A stretch of DNA of 64,000 nt, from the NCBI GenBank assembly GCA_963839865.1, contig CAWIWS010000030.1, positions 5,301 through 69,300 of the forward strand, in the 5' to 3' direction. This DNA is from an uncultured Acidobacteriota bacterium (GTDB lineage: Bacteria; Acidobacteriota; Vicinamibacteria; Vicinamibacterales; UBA2999). Of this stretch, positions 19,744 to 29,793 are shown piece after piece. The notes under the pieces were generated by a model. The model searched no databases. It saw only the letters and a list, made by a program, of their open reading frames with translations, and was not told where the DNA came from. The stretch's first letter is position 1. The number at the start of each line of letters is the position of its first letter. The translations under genes and the position numbers were made by a program.

Positions 19744-20124
19744 CTAGTTGCCTTCAATCACGAGTTCGGGATCTTCGAGCAAGTGCTCCGTGCCTCCCGC
19801 ATCGGCGTAGTAGATGTCGTACTTGTAGCGACCGGGATTCGAATTGCCCACGAACGCGGTCTGCGTGGTCTGCCCCTTGCCGAAGCGCAGATCGCCGGAT
19901 GGGGGAATCCTCACGCACGTTCCGGCCGGAAACCGCAGGACGAACTCCGACGTGTCGAGTGGGAACTCCGGTCGCTCTTCATCTTTGCCCTTTCTCCAGT
20001 CCACGGCCCAGCTGACGATGTCGCGGTCCTTGACCTTTCGAATCTTCCAGTCCGTCTTGCTGTAGAACGCCCTGTTGGCAGCGTCCCAGTAGATCGTAAT
20101 GGTGAGCTGATGTGTCTGGGTCAT
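19744..20124 (-). CDS. small hypothetical protein S1 (126 aa, intact), paralogue of the 22880-23311 product
   Basis: MTQTHQLTITIYWDAANRAF...FVLRFPAGTCVRIPP...GRYKYDIYYADAGGTEHLLEDPELVIEGN. No signal peptide. It shares GR(Y/F)(K/R)Y...EDPE(L/I)xIxxN and a (L/I)xFP block with S2. Confidence 0.7.
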   Translation of the reverse strand: MTQTHQLTITIYWDAANRAFYSKTDWKIRKVKDRDIVSWAVDWRKGKDEERPEFPLDTSEFVLRFPAGTCVRIPPSGDLRFGKGQTTQTAFVGNSNPGRYKYDIYYADAGGTEHLLEDPELVIEGN

Positions 20125-20203
20125 AGACTCGTTCTCTCCTTCTTGGCGATCTCACAACGAGCGTTGGACGAACGATTGCTACATCGAATCCATCGTGCAC
20201 GCG

Positions 20204-22813
20204 TTACCGAGGACCTACCTTAACGCCGACCATCTCGCGAAATGGCGCCAAGGCCCGATACTTCGCGAGATCATCGTCGCCGGCGACGGCCGTGCGACTA
20301 TAGCCGCTGTCGACCGCGCGCTTCAAGAACGCCAGGGCTGTCGGATCACGGCCCGCGAGCGCGTGCACGATTGCCGCGCGATATAAAACCTGCACGTCAT
20401 CGGGTGCGAGCGCCAGCGCTTCGTCCAGGCGAGCCGCAGCCTCGGCGGAGCGCCCCGCTTTCTCCAGGTAGACGGCCAAGGATGCGGTGTTCCGCGCATT
20501 TCTGGGATCCACCTTCAATTCCTCCGCGGCCTTGTTCGCCGCCGTCAGGTAAGCCTCCCGGGCGTCCGAGATCTTTCCGAGCTTTGCATAGGCGTCTCCG
20601 AGGTTGCGATAGCCGCTGGCCGAGTTCGGCCGAAGCGCGATGCCCTTCTTGTAGGCGTCGATCGCCTTCTCGTACTCGCCCTTTGCGTGGTAAAACGCGC
20701 CGATATTGATGTAGGCGCCATTCGATGGCCGCACCGCGATCGACTTCTCGTAATTCGACAGGGCGCGTTGGTCGTCGCCAAGCATCTGATAGACCGTTCC
20801 GAGTTGCTGGAAACCGATGTAGCTGTCGGGCTGGAGGGCGACGAGCTTCTCGAAGGCCTGCGCGGCCTCCTGGTACCGAGCGGCGTTGAACAATGCCAAA
20901 CCCAGGTCGTTGTAGTTGCCCCAATAACTCGGCCGGAGAGCGATGGCTCTTTGGAATTCGTCGATCGCCTCATCGACGTGGCCCTGGCGCGCGAGAATCT
21001 GGCCCAGCTGGCGGCGCGCGTCGTCGTAGGTCGGCCGGACCGCGAGTGCTTTCTTGAGTTCGTCAACGGCATCGTCCGCCTTGCCGCTACCGGCCAGCGT
21101 AGCGGCCAGGGCCAGACGCACCTCCGGCCTATCCGGGTCGAGCCTCAGCGCGGTCGTGCCTTCATCAATCGCCCGCCGCACCCACGAGGGCTCCCTGGTC
21201 TCGGCGTACTGACGCCAATAGGTCTCGCCGAGAGCCGCATGCGCCAGGGCGAATTTGGGATCGAGTCGGATGGCGTCCGATAACGACGCGGCGGCGGCCT
21301 CGAGATTGCCTTTCACGTCGCGACGATCCATGTAGGCCCTTGCCTGCCAATACGACGAAAGCGCGCCGGGGTCGCTCGTCGGCGGCCGGTCCACCTGCGG
21401 CCGGGCCGGGCCCGATACGCGGATCGACATCGCCTCGCTGACCGACATCGCCATTCGGGACTGCAGCTCGAAGATGCGGCTGAAGAGCCCGTCGAAGGAA
21501 TTCGCCCACGCGATGGAACGATCGGGTCTGACCAGGCTGACGGTGACTCGCAGCTGGTCTCCAGACTGTTGAACGCTGCCTTCGATCATGAAGCTGGCAC
21601 CCAATTCGGACGCCATCTTCGACAGTTCCGGGTTTCGCAACCGCGCTTCGACAACCGCGGCGCGGGACAAGACCGTCAGCGAGGGCGCGGCGGCCAGACT
21701 CGCGATGAGGCTCTCCGAGAGTCCCGCCGCCACGTAGTCTCTCGACGGATCGCCACTCATGTTGGTCAGCGGCAGGACGGCGACGACGGCCGGCGTCGCT
21801 AGTGAATCCCTGGCAACCGGCGTGGCCAGGAAGCGCCACGTCGCGACGCCGGCCACGATCAGGATCGCCACGATCGCCGACGCCATCAATACCCCGCGAG
21901 ACAACGCGCGCGCTGCCGACACGCTGCCCAGGGGCGCACCGATGACGGCATCCAACCGCTGCAGCACCTCGTGCGCCGATGCCGGCCGCTCCGCCGGGTC
22001 GCGCGCGAGGAGTGCGGCGACGAGATGCTCCAACTCCGCGGGCACCAGCGGCCCTATCGACGACAAGGGCGGAGCGTCGCTGCTCAACTTTGCGGTGGCC
22101 AGCGAGACAGCATCGTTCCCGGGAAAAGGCCGGCGGCCGCCCACCATCTCGAACAGCATCACGCCGAGCGCGTAGAGGTCGGCGCGCTCGTCAACCGCGG
22201 ACGAGACCATCTGCTCCGGCGCCGCATACCCAGGCGTGCCCATGAAGCCGGGTCCGCTCGTCGTGTGCCCCGCCGCCGTGACGGTGGTCCCGGTCGCCAG
22301 CATCCGCGCGATGCCGAAGTCGAGGACCTTCACCTGCCCGTCGGGACCCACGATGACGTTGCCCGGCTTGAGGTCGCGATGCACCACGCCCTGCGCGTGC
22401 GCCGCGGCGAGGGCCCGCGCCATCTGGCACCCGATGCCGACCGCCTCCGCCACCGGCATCGGCCCGCGCCGGTTTCGCTCGGACAGCGTCTCGCCCTCGA
22501 CGTACTCGAACACGAGGACGACGTCGTCTTCGTCCTCGAGGACGTCGAAGACGGTGGCGATGTTGGGGTGATTGAGCGCCGCGACGGCCCGCGCCTCGCG
22601 GAGCAGGCGGGCGCGGCCCTGCGAGCCTTCTTCGTCGGCGGCGCGCAGCGTCTTGAGGGCCACCTTGCGGTGCAGCCGCGGGTCGTCCGCCAGCCACACC
22701 GCGCCCATTCCGCCACTGCCGATGTGGCGAACCACGCGATAGGGGCCGACGGAAGTGCCGGGTTCGACCAGCCTCATGTGGGGAGGACGGCAGAGGATAA
22801 CACCGAACCGCAC
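20204..22813 (-). CDS. Ser/Thr protein kinase K1 with one TM helix, a periplasmic VAVLP(L/F)xNxSGD-type domain and a TPR array (869 aa, intact; alternative start ATG at 22777)
   Basis: Kinase motifs GSGGMGAVW, VALK, HRDLKPGN, DFGIA and GTPGYAAPE. TM helix LMASAIVAILIVAGVATW. Then VVAVLPLTNMSGDPSRDYVAAGLSESLI, followed by more than 8 TPR-like repeats (AIALRPSYWGNYNDLGLALFNAARYQEAAQAFEKLVALQP...). Confidence 0.9.
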   Translation of the reverse strand: MRFGVILCRPPHMRLVEPGTSVGPYRVVRHIGSGGMGAVWLADDPRLHRKVALKTLRAADEEGSQGRARLLREARAVAALNHPNIATVFDVLEDEDDVVLVFEYVEGETLSERNRRGPMPVAEAVGIGCQMARALAAAHAQGVVHRDLKPGNVIVGPDGQVKVLDFGIARMLATGTTVTAAGHTTSGPGFMGTPGYAAPEQMVSSAVDERADLYALGVMLFEMVGGRRPFPGNDAVSLATAKLSSDAPPLSSIGPLVPAELEHLVAALLARDPAERPASAHEVLQRLDAVIGAPLGSVSAARALSRGVLMASAIVAILIVAGVATWRFLATPVARDSLATPAVVAVLPLTNMSGDPSRDYVAAGLSESLIASLAAAPSLTVLSRAAVVEARLRNPELSKMASELGASFMIEGSVQQSGDQLRVTVSLVRPDRSIAWANSFDGLFSRIFELQSRMAMSVSEAMSIRVSGPARPQVDRPPTSDPGALSSYWQARAYMDRRDVKGNLEAAAASLSDAIRLDPKFALAHAALGETYWRQYAETREPSWVRRAIDEGTTALRLDPDRPEVRLALAATLAGSGKADDAVDELKKALAVRPTYDDARRQLGQILARQGHVDEAIDEFQRAIALRPSYWGNYNDLGLALFNAARYQEAAQAFEKLVALQPDSYIGFQQLGTVYQMLGDDQRALSNYEKSIAVRPSNGAYINIGAFYHAKGEYEKAIDAYKKGIALRPNSASGYRNLGDAYAKLGKISDAREAYLTAANKAAEELKVDPRNARNTASLAVYLEKAGRSAEAAARLDEALALAPDDVQVLYRAAIVHALAGRDPTALAFLKRAVDSGYSRTAVAGDDDLAKYRALAPFREMVGVKVGPR

Positions 22814-22879
22814 CAGGCCGCCGCTGGGCGCGGCAACCGGTGCGGTCCGGGACGAGGCTCAGGCTGGCGGGACGCCGGG

Positions 22880-23311
22880 CTAGTTCTCGGGGATCTCAAT
22901 CTCGGGGTCTTCGGTGAATCCGTTGGCCGTCACGTTGTACCTGAAGCGGCCCTCGGCGGCCCCGTCCAGGCTCAGCCGAATCCAGCCGTCCTTGATCAGG
23001 ATCGGCTGGCCGCCCCACGGGCCTTCCTTCGGGAACGTGATCTCCACGGCGATCGCATCATCGGAAGCCAGGTTCACGACCGTCCACTCGATGTGGCCGG
23101 GCCCGGCGGTCATCAGGTGCGGCGACGTGCGCACGCGGATGCCGCCGTCGACCGTGTAGAGAAAAATCGTGGCCTGCGATGTCCGGCCGGCAGCCGCGGC
23201 CGCGAGGGTCCGGACCGGTGCACGGCGTGCGGCGCTCCGGGCCGGCTTCTTCTTCGGGACCGTCTTCTTCACCGGTTTCTTCGCGGACGGCTTCTTTTTC
23301 TTCTTGCTCAT
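22880..23311 (-). CDS. small hypothetical protein S2 (143 aa, intact) with a Lys-rich N-terminal tail; paralogue of S1
   Basis: MSKKKKKPSAKKPVKKTVPKKKPARSAARRAP...ATIFLYTVDGGIRVRTSP...AVEITFPKEGPWGG...GRFRYNVTANGFTEDPEIEIPEN. Its ATG overlaps the K2 stop (ATGA at 23308-23311). Confidence 0.7.
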   Translation of the reverse strand: MSKKKKKPSAKKPVKKTVPKKKPARSAARRAPVRTLAAAAAGRTSQATIFLYTVDGGIRVRTSPHLMTAGPGHIEWTVVNLASDDAIAVEITFPKEGPWGGQPILIKDGWIRLSLDGAAEGRFRYNVTANGFTEDPEIEIPEN

Positions 23312-25928
23312 CGTTTCACCTCTGCCGGGTTGACGACTAACGCCGCGAATCGCGGCAGCGGCCGGAGTTTCTCGAAGTCTTCTTCCGTGGCAATCGACCG
23401 GGACGTGATTCCTCCGGCCATGGCCCTCTCGATGGCGGCCAGCGCCCGATCGGTGCGGCCGGCGAGAGCGTGGACGACGGCGGCCCTCAGCTGCACCTGC
23501 CCGTCATCGCCCGCGAGCCGTTCCGCGGCGCCGAGGCTCTTGAGCGCCGCCGCGTCGTCACCGGCCTTTGGCCTGGTACACGGCGAGCCGCGCAATCACG
23601 CGCGCGTCGGCGGGGCTGACCGACACCTCCTGCTCCGCCAGCTTCACCGCCTGGCGGTACGCCCGGAGCGCATCCGCCTTCCGGCCCAGGTGCGTGTACG
23701 CGTCGCCAAGATTGCGGTGGGTGATGGCGCCCAACGGTCGAATCAACAACGCCCCTTCATAGGCGGCGGCGGCCTTCGCATACTCGCCCTGGCCGTAGTA
23801 GATGGTGCCCATGCTCGAGAACGTCTCGGCGCGCGGCTGGATGGCGGTCGCTCGCGAGTAGTAATCGAGGGCGCGCGCGTCGTCGCCCATGGACTGCGAC
23901 GCGGCGCCGGCCTGCGTGAGGAACAGCGACGAATTGGGCGACAGCGCAATGGCCTTCTCGAACGCCTCCAGCGCCTCGGCGTACTGCGATGCCTGGTAGA
24001 GCGACAGGCCCATGTCGGCATACAACGTCGACGGAGTTCGGCCGGATCGCGCTGGCCTTCTTGAATTCCGCGCGGCCGGCATCCAATTGTCCCTGGCGCA
24101 TCAGCACGCGACCCATGAGGCGAATGGCTTCCTCGGACGTCGGCTGCAGCGCGATCGCGCGCTCGACCTCCCGCCGGGCTTCGTCGTACTTGCCGCTGCG
24201 GAACAAGCGTCATCGCGGCGATGTAGCGCACGCTGGGCCGATCGGGTTCCAGACCCACGGCCACGCCCGTCGATTCGACCGCCTTCAGCGCCCAGGCCTT
24301 GTCGTTGGTCTGCACGTACATCTGCCACTGGGCTTCCGCCAGGCTGGCATGCGCGAGGGCGAACTTCGGATCCGCCGCCACGGCGTTCTCGAATTCCTTG
24401 AGCGCCGCTTGTGTGTTGCCCGCCAGGTCGCGCCGGTCGAAGAAGGCGCGGCCTTTCCAATAGGCGATCTGCGCCGGCTCGCTCGACGTCGGCAACGCCG
24501 CCGGCTTCTGCTGCGCCCCCGACGGCGCCTGCGCGGCGAGAGCGTCGGTCAGCGCGGTCGCCAGCTCGCCTTGCAGTGCGAACAGGTCCGCCGAGGGCGC
24601 TTCGACGGTCTTGCCCCAGGCCACGGGACTGATCGGTCCGCACGAGATTGAGCGTGACGCGCAAACGGTTCGACACCGATTGCACCGTGCCTTCCACCAG
24701 GTAACTGGCATCGAGCGCCTGGACGAATCCGGCACGGTCGGGATGCTGCTGGCGGGTCTCGTCCACGGCGCCGCGCGAGAGGACCGTGACCGAGCGGGAC
24801 GGCGGCGAGGCTCGTGATGAGGCTCTCCGCCAGGCCGGCGCCGAGGTAATCGTTCGACGTGTCACCGCTCATGTTCTGCAGCGGCAGGACGGCGACCACC
24901 GGCATCACCGGACCGTGAGCCGCCGGCCACTGCACGCGCACGACGACCGCGGTGACCACGGCAATGGCGAGCGCCGCGGCCAGCAGCGTGGTGCGCGGAA
25001 TGCCCCGGCGGATCAAGACCGTCCGTCGCGCGAGCGGCGAGGACTCGGCATCGCGAAGCGGACTCAGTTCCACCAGCACGCCGTCCGCGGTGGCCGGGCG
25101 CTTGCCCGGCTCGCGCTCGAGCAGCCGGGCCACGAGGCCCTCGAGGGCCGGAGGGACCCAGAGGCCCGAGGCCGTGAGCTTCGGCGCCTCGTCCCGGAGC
25201 ACCGAGGTGGCCAGCGCCACTGCGTCGGTGCCCGGGAACGGTCGCCGGCCGCTGACCATCTCGAACAGCATCACGCCGAGGGCGTAGAGATCGGCACGGC
25301 CATCCACGTTCCGCGACAGGTACTGCTCGGGCGCCGCATATCCCGGCGTGCCGACCAGGCCGCCGCCGATGGTGCCCGGCACGCTGTGCCCCATGTCGGC
25401 GCCGGCCGGCACCAGGCGCGCAATGCCGAAGTCGAGCACCTTGGCGCGCCCATCGGCGCCCAGCACCACATTGGACGGCTTGAGGTCACGATGGATGACG
25501 CCCTGCGCGTGCGCCGCGGCGAGGGCATCGGCAAGCTGCCATCCGACCTCGATCGCCTCCGGGACCGTCATCGGCGCGCGCTGCAGGCGCGTGGCGAGCG
25601 TGTCCCCCTCGACGTACTCGAAGACGACGATGACCTGGCCGTCGACGTCGAGAACGTCGTGGACGGCGGCGATGTGCGGATGATTCAGCGCGGCGGCGGC
25701 GCGGGCCTCGCGCAGCAGGAGTTGGCGGCCTTCACTGGTATCGCTGTCGGCGCCGCGGACCGTCTTGAGGGCGACCTTCCGGTGCAGGCGCGGGTCCTCG
25801 GCCAGCCAGACCACGCCCATGCCGCCGGCACCAAGCTGGCGGATGATCCGATAGGGTCCGACGGCTGATCCGGCGTGCACGTGGCTCCCGAAGGGGTGAA
25901 GGGCTGGCTGTCGGCCAGCAGAATACAT
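23308..25928 (-). CDS. Ser/Thr protein kinase K2, paralogue of K1 with the same architecture; at least 5 apparent frameshifts
   Basis: VGPYRIIRQLGAGGMGVVWLAEDPRLHRKVALKTV...HRDLKPSNVVLG...DFGIARLV...GTPGYAAPEQ. TM helix LLAAALAIAVVTAVVV. Then VVAVLPLQNMSGDTSNDYLGAGLAESLI. TPR pieces lie in four frames and end ...FEKLRPLPRFAALVVNPAEVKR. Confidence 0.8.
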
Positions 25929-25931
25929 TAG

Positions 25932-27199
25932 TTAACTGTCGCCGGTTCCGCGTGATCAAGCGGACGCTGCGCTGATACGTCAGGTACGCCGCCGCCCACT
26001 GGAGCATCACCGACAGGCGATTGCGAAACCCGATCAGGAACAGGATGTGGACGAAGAGCCACATGAGCCATCCGAGGGCGCCGGACAGCCGCAGCCATCC
26101 GAAGTCGGCGATCGCCGCCGCGCGGCCGATCGTCGCCATGTTGCCGGGATCGAAATAGCGAAACGCCGTCGTCGGCTCGCCGCGCAGCCGGCGAAGGACG
26201 TTCGTGGCCGCCAGCCGCGCCCATCTGCTTGGCCACCTGGGCGACGCCCGGCAAGCGGCTTCCCCGTCTGGTGCGTGAAGCAGGCGAGGTCGCCGACGAC
26301 GAACACGTCGGCATGGCCGGCCACCGAGAGGTCGGGCTCCACGATCACGCGGCCGGCGCGATCGAGGCGGGCCCGAGGTCCCGGCCAATCGGCGACGCCG
26401 CCACGCCGGCGGCCCACAGGATGGTGTGCGCCTCGATGCGCTCGGCCGCCGATCGTGACGGCGCCCTCCTCGACGTGCGTGACGCCGTCGCCTTCCACGA
26501 CCGTGACGCCGAGGGCCTGAAGCGAGCGCCGCGCCGAGGCGCGCAGGCTCTCGGGAAAGGACGGCAGGATCGACGGGCCGGCCTCGACGAGCAGGATCCG
26601 CGCGGACGCCGGATCGATGGCGTCGAACTCGGAGCGCAGCGCCTGCCGCGCGATCTCCGCCAGGGCGCCGGCAAGTTCCACGCCGGTGGGCCCCCCGCCG
26701 ATGATCACGAAGGTCAGCAGGAACCGCTGGCGCGACCGGGTCGGGATGGCGCTCCGCCTCTTCGAACGCCAGCAGCAACCGCGCGCGGATCGCCAGCGCG
26801 TCGTCGAGCGTCTTCAGCCCGGGCGCGACGCGCGCCCCAGTCGTCGTGGCCGAAGTAGGCATGCGTCACGCCGGCCGCGGCAATCAGGTAGTCGTACGGC
26901 ACGGCGTCGCCGCTGGTCGAGCCACACCTGCCGCGTCGTCGTGTCGATGCGCTCGACGGTGCCGAGCAACACGCGCAGGCGCGGCTGCGTCGCGCAGGAT
27001 CCAGCGGATGGGCGACGCGATGTCGCCCGGGCGACAGCCCCGCCGTGGCCACCTGATACAGCAGCGGCTGGAACACGTGGTGGTTGTGGCGGTCGATCAG
27101 CGTGACGCGGCACGGCGCGCCGGCCAGGCGCCGGGCCGCGGCCAGGCCGGCAAATCCGCCGCCGATGATGACGACGTGCGGCAGGTCGGCGTCGGACAC
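25932..27199 (-). CDS. ndh: type II NADH:quinone oxidoreductase (NDH-2); several apparent frameshifts
   Basis: HVVIIGGGFAGLAAARRLAGAPCRVTLIDRHNHHVFQPLLYQVATAGLSPG; IIGGGPTGVELAGALAEIARQALRSEFDAIDPASARILLVEAGPSILPSFPESL; C-terminal FRYFDPGNMATIGRAAAIADFGWLRLSGALGWLMWLFVHILFLIGFRNRL. Confidence 0.8.
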
Positions 27200-27203
27200 G
27201 ACG

Positions 27204-28494
27204 TCTATTCGTACCGCAGGGCCTCGACGGGATCAAGCGACGCCGCGCGGCGCGCCGGCCAGTAGCCGGCCAGGACGCCGACGGCCACCGACGTCGCCGA
27301 GGCCCGACGCGACCGCCCAGAGCGGCGGCGTGGCCGGGAACGTGGGGGCGACGAGCGCGATCAGCAGGCCGAGGGCCGACGCCAGGACGACGCCGGCCAG
27401 GCCGCCCGCGCCCGAGAGGATCGCCGCCTCGAAGAGGAACTGCCGCAGCACCTCGCGGCGGCGCGCGCCAATCGCGAGGCGGACGCCGATCTCGCGCGTA
27501 CGCTCGGTCACGCTGATGATCATCACGTTGGCGATGCCGATGCCGCCGATCAGCAGGCTCACCGCAGAGCAGCGCGATCGTCGCGATGAAGATCTGGATG
27601 CCGATGCGATCGAACTGCGCGATGATCTGGTCCGCGGTGTTCATCGCGAAGTTGTCCTCGGCGCCCGGCGGCACGTGGCGCAGCAGCCGCAGGATCGTCT
27701 GCGGCCTCCGCGCGGGCCTCCTCGCGCATCCCGGGCCGGGCCCGGATGTAGAGCACCATGTTCCGCGCGTCGGGGAACTTGAGGCGCGCCGTGTTCACGG
27801 GGATCGCCACCACCGAGTCGTTGCGGTTCTCGCCGAAGAACGTGCCCTTGCGCGGGGCCAGTTCGCCGATGACGTAGTAGCGGTCGCCGCCGAGCAGGAA
27901 CGACTGCCCCACCGACGAGCCCTGGCCGAACAGCGCCCGCGCGACGCTGGCGCCGAGCACCGCCACCTGCGCGCGCACGCGCTCCTCGGTGTCGGTGAAC
28001 GGCCGGCCGCCCACGAATTCCGCGCCGACGATGTCGTAGAAGTTCGGCGAGATGCCCTCGATGAGGACGGTGTCCGACTCGTTGTTGCCCGCCCGCGCGG
28101 TGAGGGTGCGCGTGCTCGTGACGGCCGGCACGATCAGCTCGATGCCGACGTCGCGAATCGCGGGCCCCAGCTTCTCGATCACCGGCGCGTACTCGGCCCG
28201 CAGTTGCGGACGCTGGACGTCCAGCTCCGTCGGGGCCGAATACGGCTCGCCGCTGTAGTGATACGCGAAGATGTTGTCGGTGCCCAATTCGCGGAACAGC
28301 AGCGCCACGCTGTTGCGGAGCCCCACGAGCGTGGAGGCCACGAGCACCACGGTGACGATGCCGATGACGATGCCCACGATGGCGAGGGCCGAGCGCGCGG
28401 GCTGGGCGCGCAGGGACTCGATCGCGAGCGTCGCGGCCTCGTTCAGCTCGTTGCCGGCGACGTCGAACGCGCCTCGAGGGGGTTGCGTGGCCAT
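27204..28494 (-). CDS. MacB/FtsX-type ABC transporter permease B (MacB_PCD + FtsX); apparent frameshifts
   Basis: [52 protein letters not shown]...[17 protein letters not shown]...[12 protein letters not shown]. Then [51 protein letters not shown], ending [19 protein letters not shown]. Confidence 0.8.
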
Positions 28495-28496
28495 GG

Positions 28497-29725
28497 CTAG
28501 TCGCTCCGAATCGCGCTGATGACGTCGATGCGCGTCGCGCGCCGCGCCGGATACCAGCCGGCGGCCAGCCCGCTCGCCGCCGAGGCGGCCACGCTCCACG
28601 CCACCGTCGCCGGCGCCACGCCGAGCGGCACGTCGAGAAGGCGCGCGAGCATCGAGACCAGCGCGACGGCCACGAGGGTGCCGGCCGCGCCGCCCACGAG
28701 CGACATCATGCGCGGACTCGGCGAGCACCTCGCGCATGATTTGCTGCCGCGTCGCGCCGAGCGCACGCCGCACGCCGATCTCGCGCGTGCGCTGCGTCAC
28801 CGAGACCAGCACCGTGTTGGTCACGACGACCATCGCCGCGAGCAGCGCCATGAGCGAAATGGGTCCCGCCGCCGCGCCGATGCGTTGCGAGAGGTTGGCG
28901 ACGAAGCTGCGCGCCGCGTCGGGCGTCAGCACGTCGAAGTTGTCGGCGACCCCGGGCGCCAGGGCCCGCTGCGCGCGCAGCGAGATGCGTGCGCGGTCCT
29001 CGCCCACGACGGAGTCGTAGCCCGTCGGCGGCCTTGGCGAAGATCTGCAGGGTGCGGGGCGCGCCGAACGCCCGCTCGAACGCGGTCAGGGGGATCCACA
29101 CGTACTTGTCGAGCGATGCGCCGCCGGAACTGCCCAGGCGCTCCTGCACGCCGATGACCTCGAACCGGCGGCCCGCGATCCGAATCGGCTGGCCGAGGGG
29201 CTCGCTCACCGGGAAGAGCGCGTCGGCGACGTCGGCGCCAATCACGGCGACCTGCGCGCCGCTGGCATCCTCGTCCGCGCGCAGGAAGCGGCCGCGCGCG
29301 ATGCTCAAGTCGCGGAGGCCCGCCAGCACCGACGTCGTCCCGGTGATCGACACGCCTTCGAGCTTGCGGCCCGCCGACGACACGTCCGCCCTGGTCTGCG
29401 CGTTCGGGGCGTAGTCCACGAGGCCGCCGGCGTAGCGCTCGAGGAACTTGAGCTCGCTCCGCCGCATCGGCGGGTTGCGCTGGAGTTGCTCCTGGAGTTC
29501 CCGGCGGGAGATGCGCCCGGGCGAGGCGACCTGCGCCAGCAGGAATGTATCGGAGCCAAACGTCCTCGCCGTGGTCATCCGCGCGTACATCGCGACGCCG
29601 TCGAGGGCCGCGACGACGAAGACGATCGTGGCCACGGCCACGGCGATGGCCAGGGCGCCGAGGCCCGCGCGCAGGGGGTTGCCGACCAGGGCCGCCCCGC
29701 CTTGTCTGACGGCTTCACGCAACAT
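28497..29725 (-). CDS. MacB/FtsX-type ABC transporter permease A (MacB_PCD + FtsX); apparent frameshifts
   Basis: MLREAVRQGGAALVGNPLRAGLGALAIAVAVATIVFVVAAL...AQVAVIGADVADALFPVSEPLGQPIRIAGRRFEVIGVQE. Then [37 protein letters not shown], ending GWYPARRATRIDVISAIRSD. Confidence 0.8.
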
Positions 29726-29793
29726 TCGATACCATTAGACGCCCCCGTGGGACCCGAGGACGCAAATGTGCGTCAAAGAGACTGTCTGCATTC

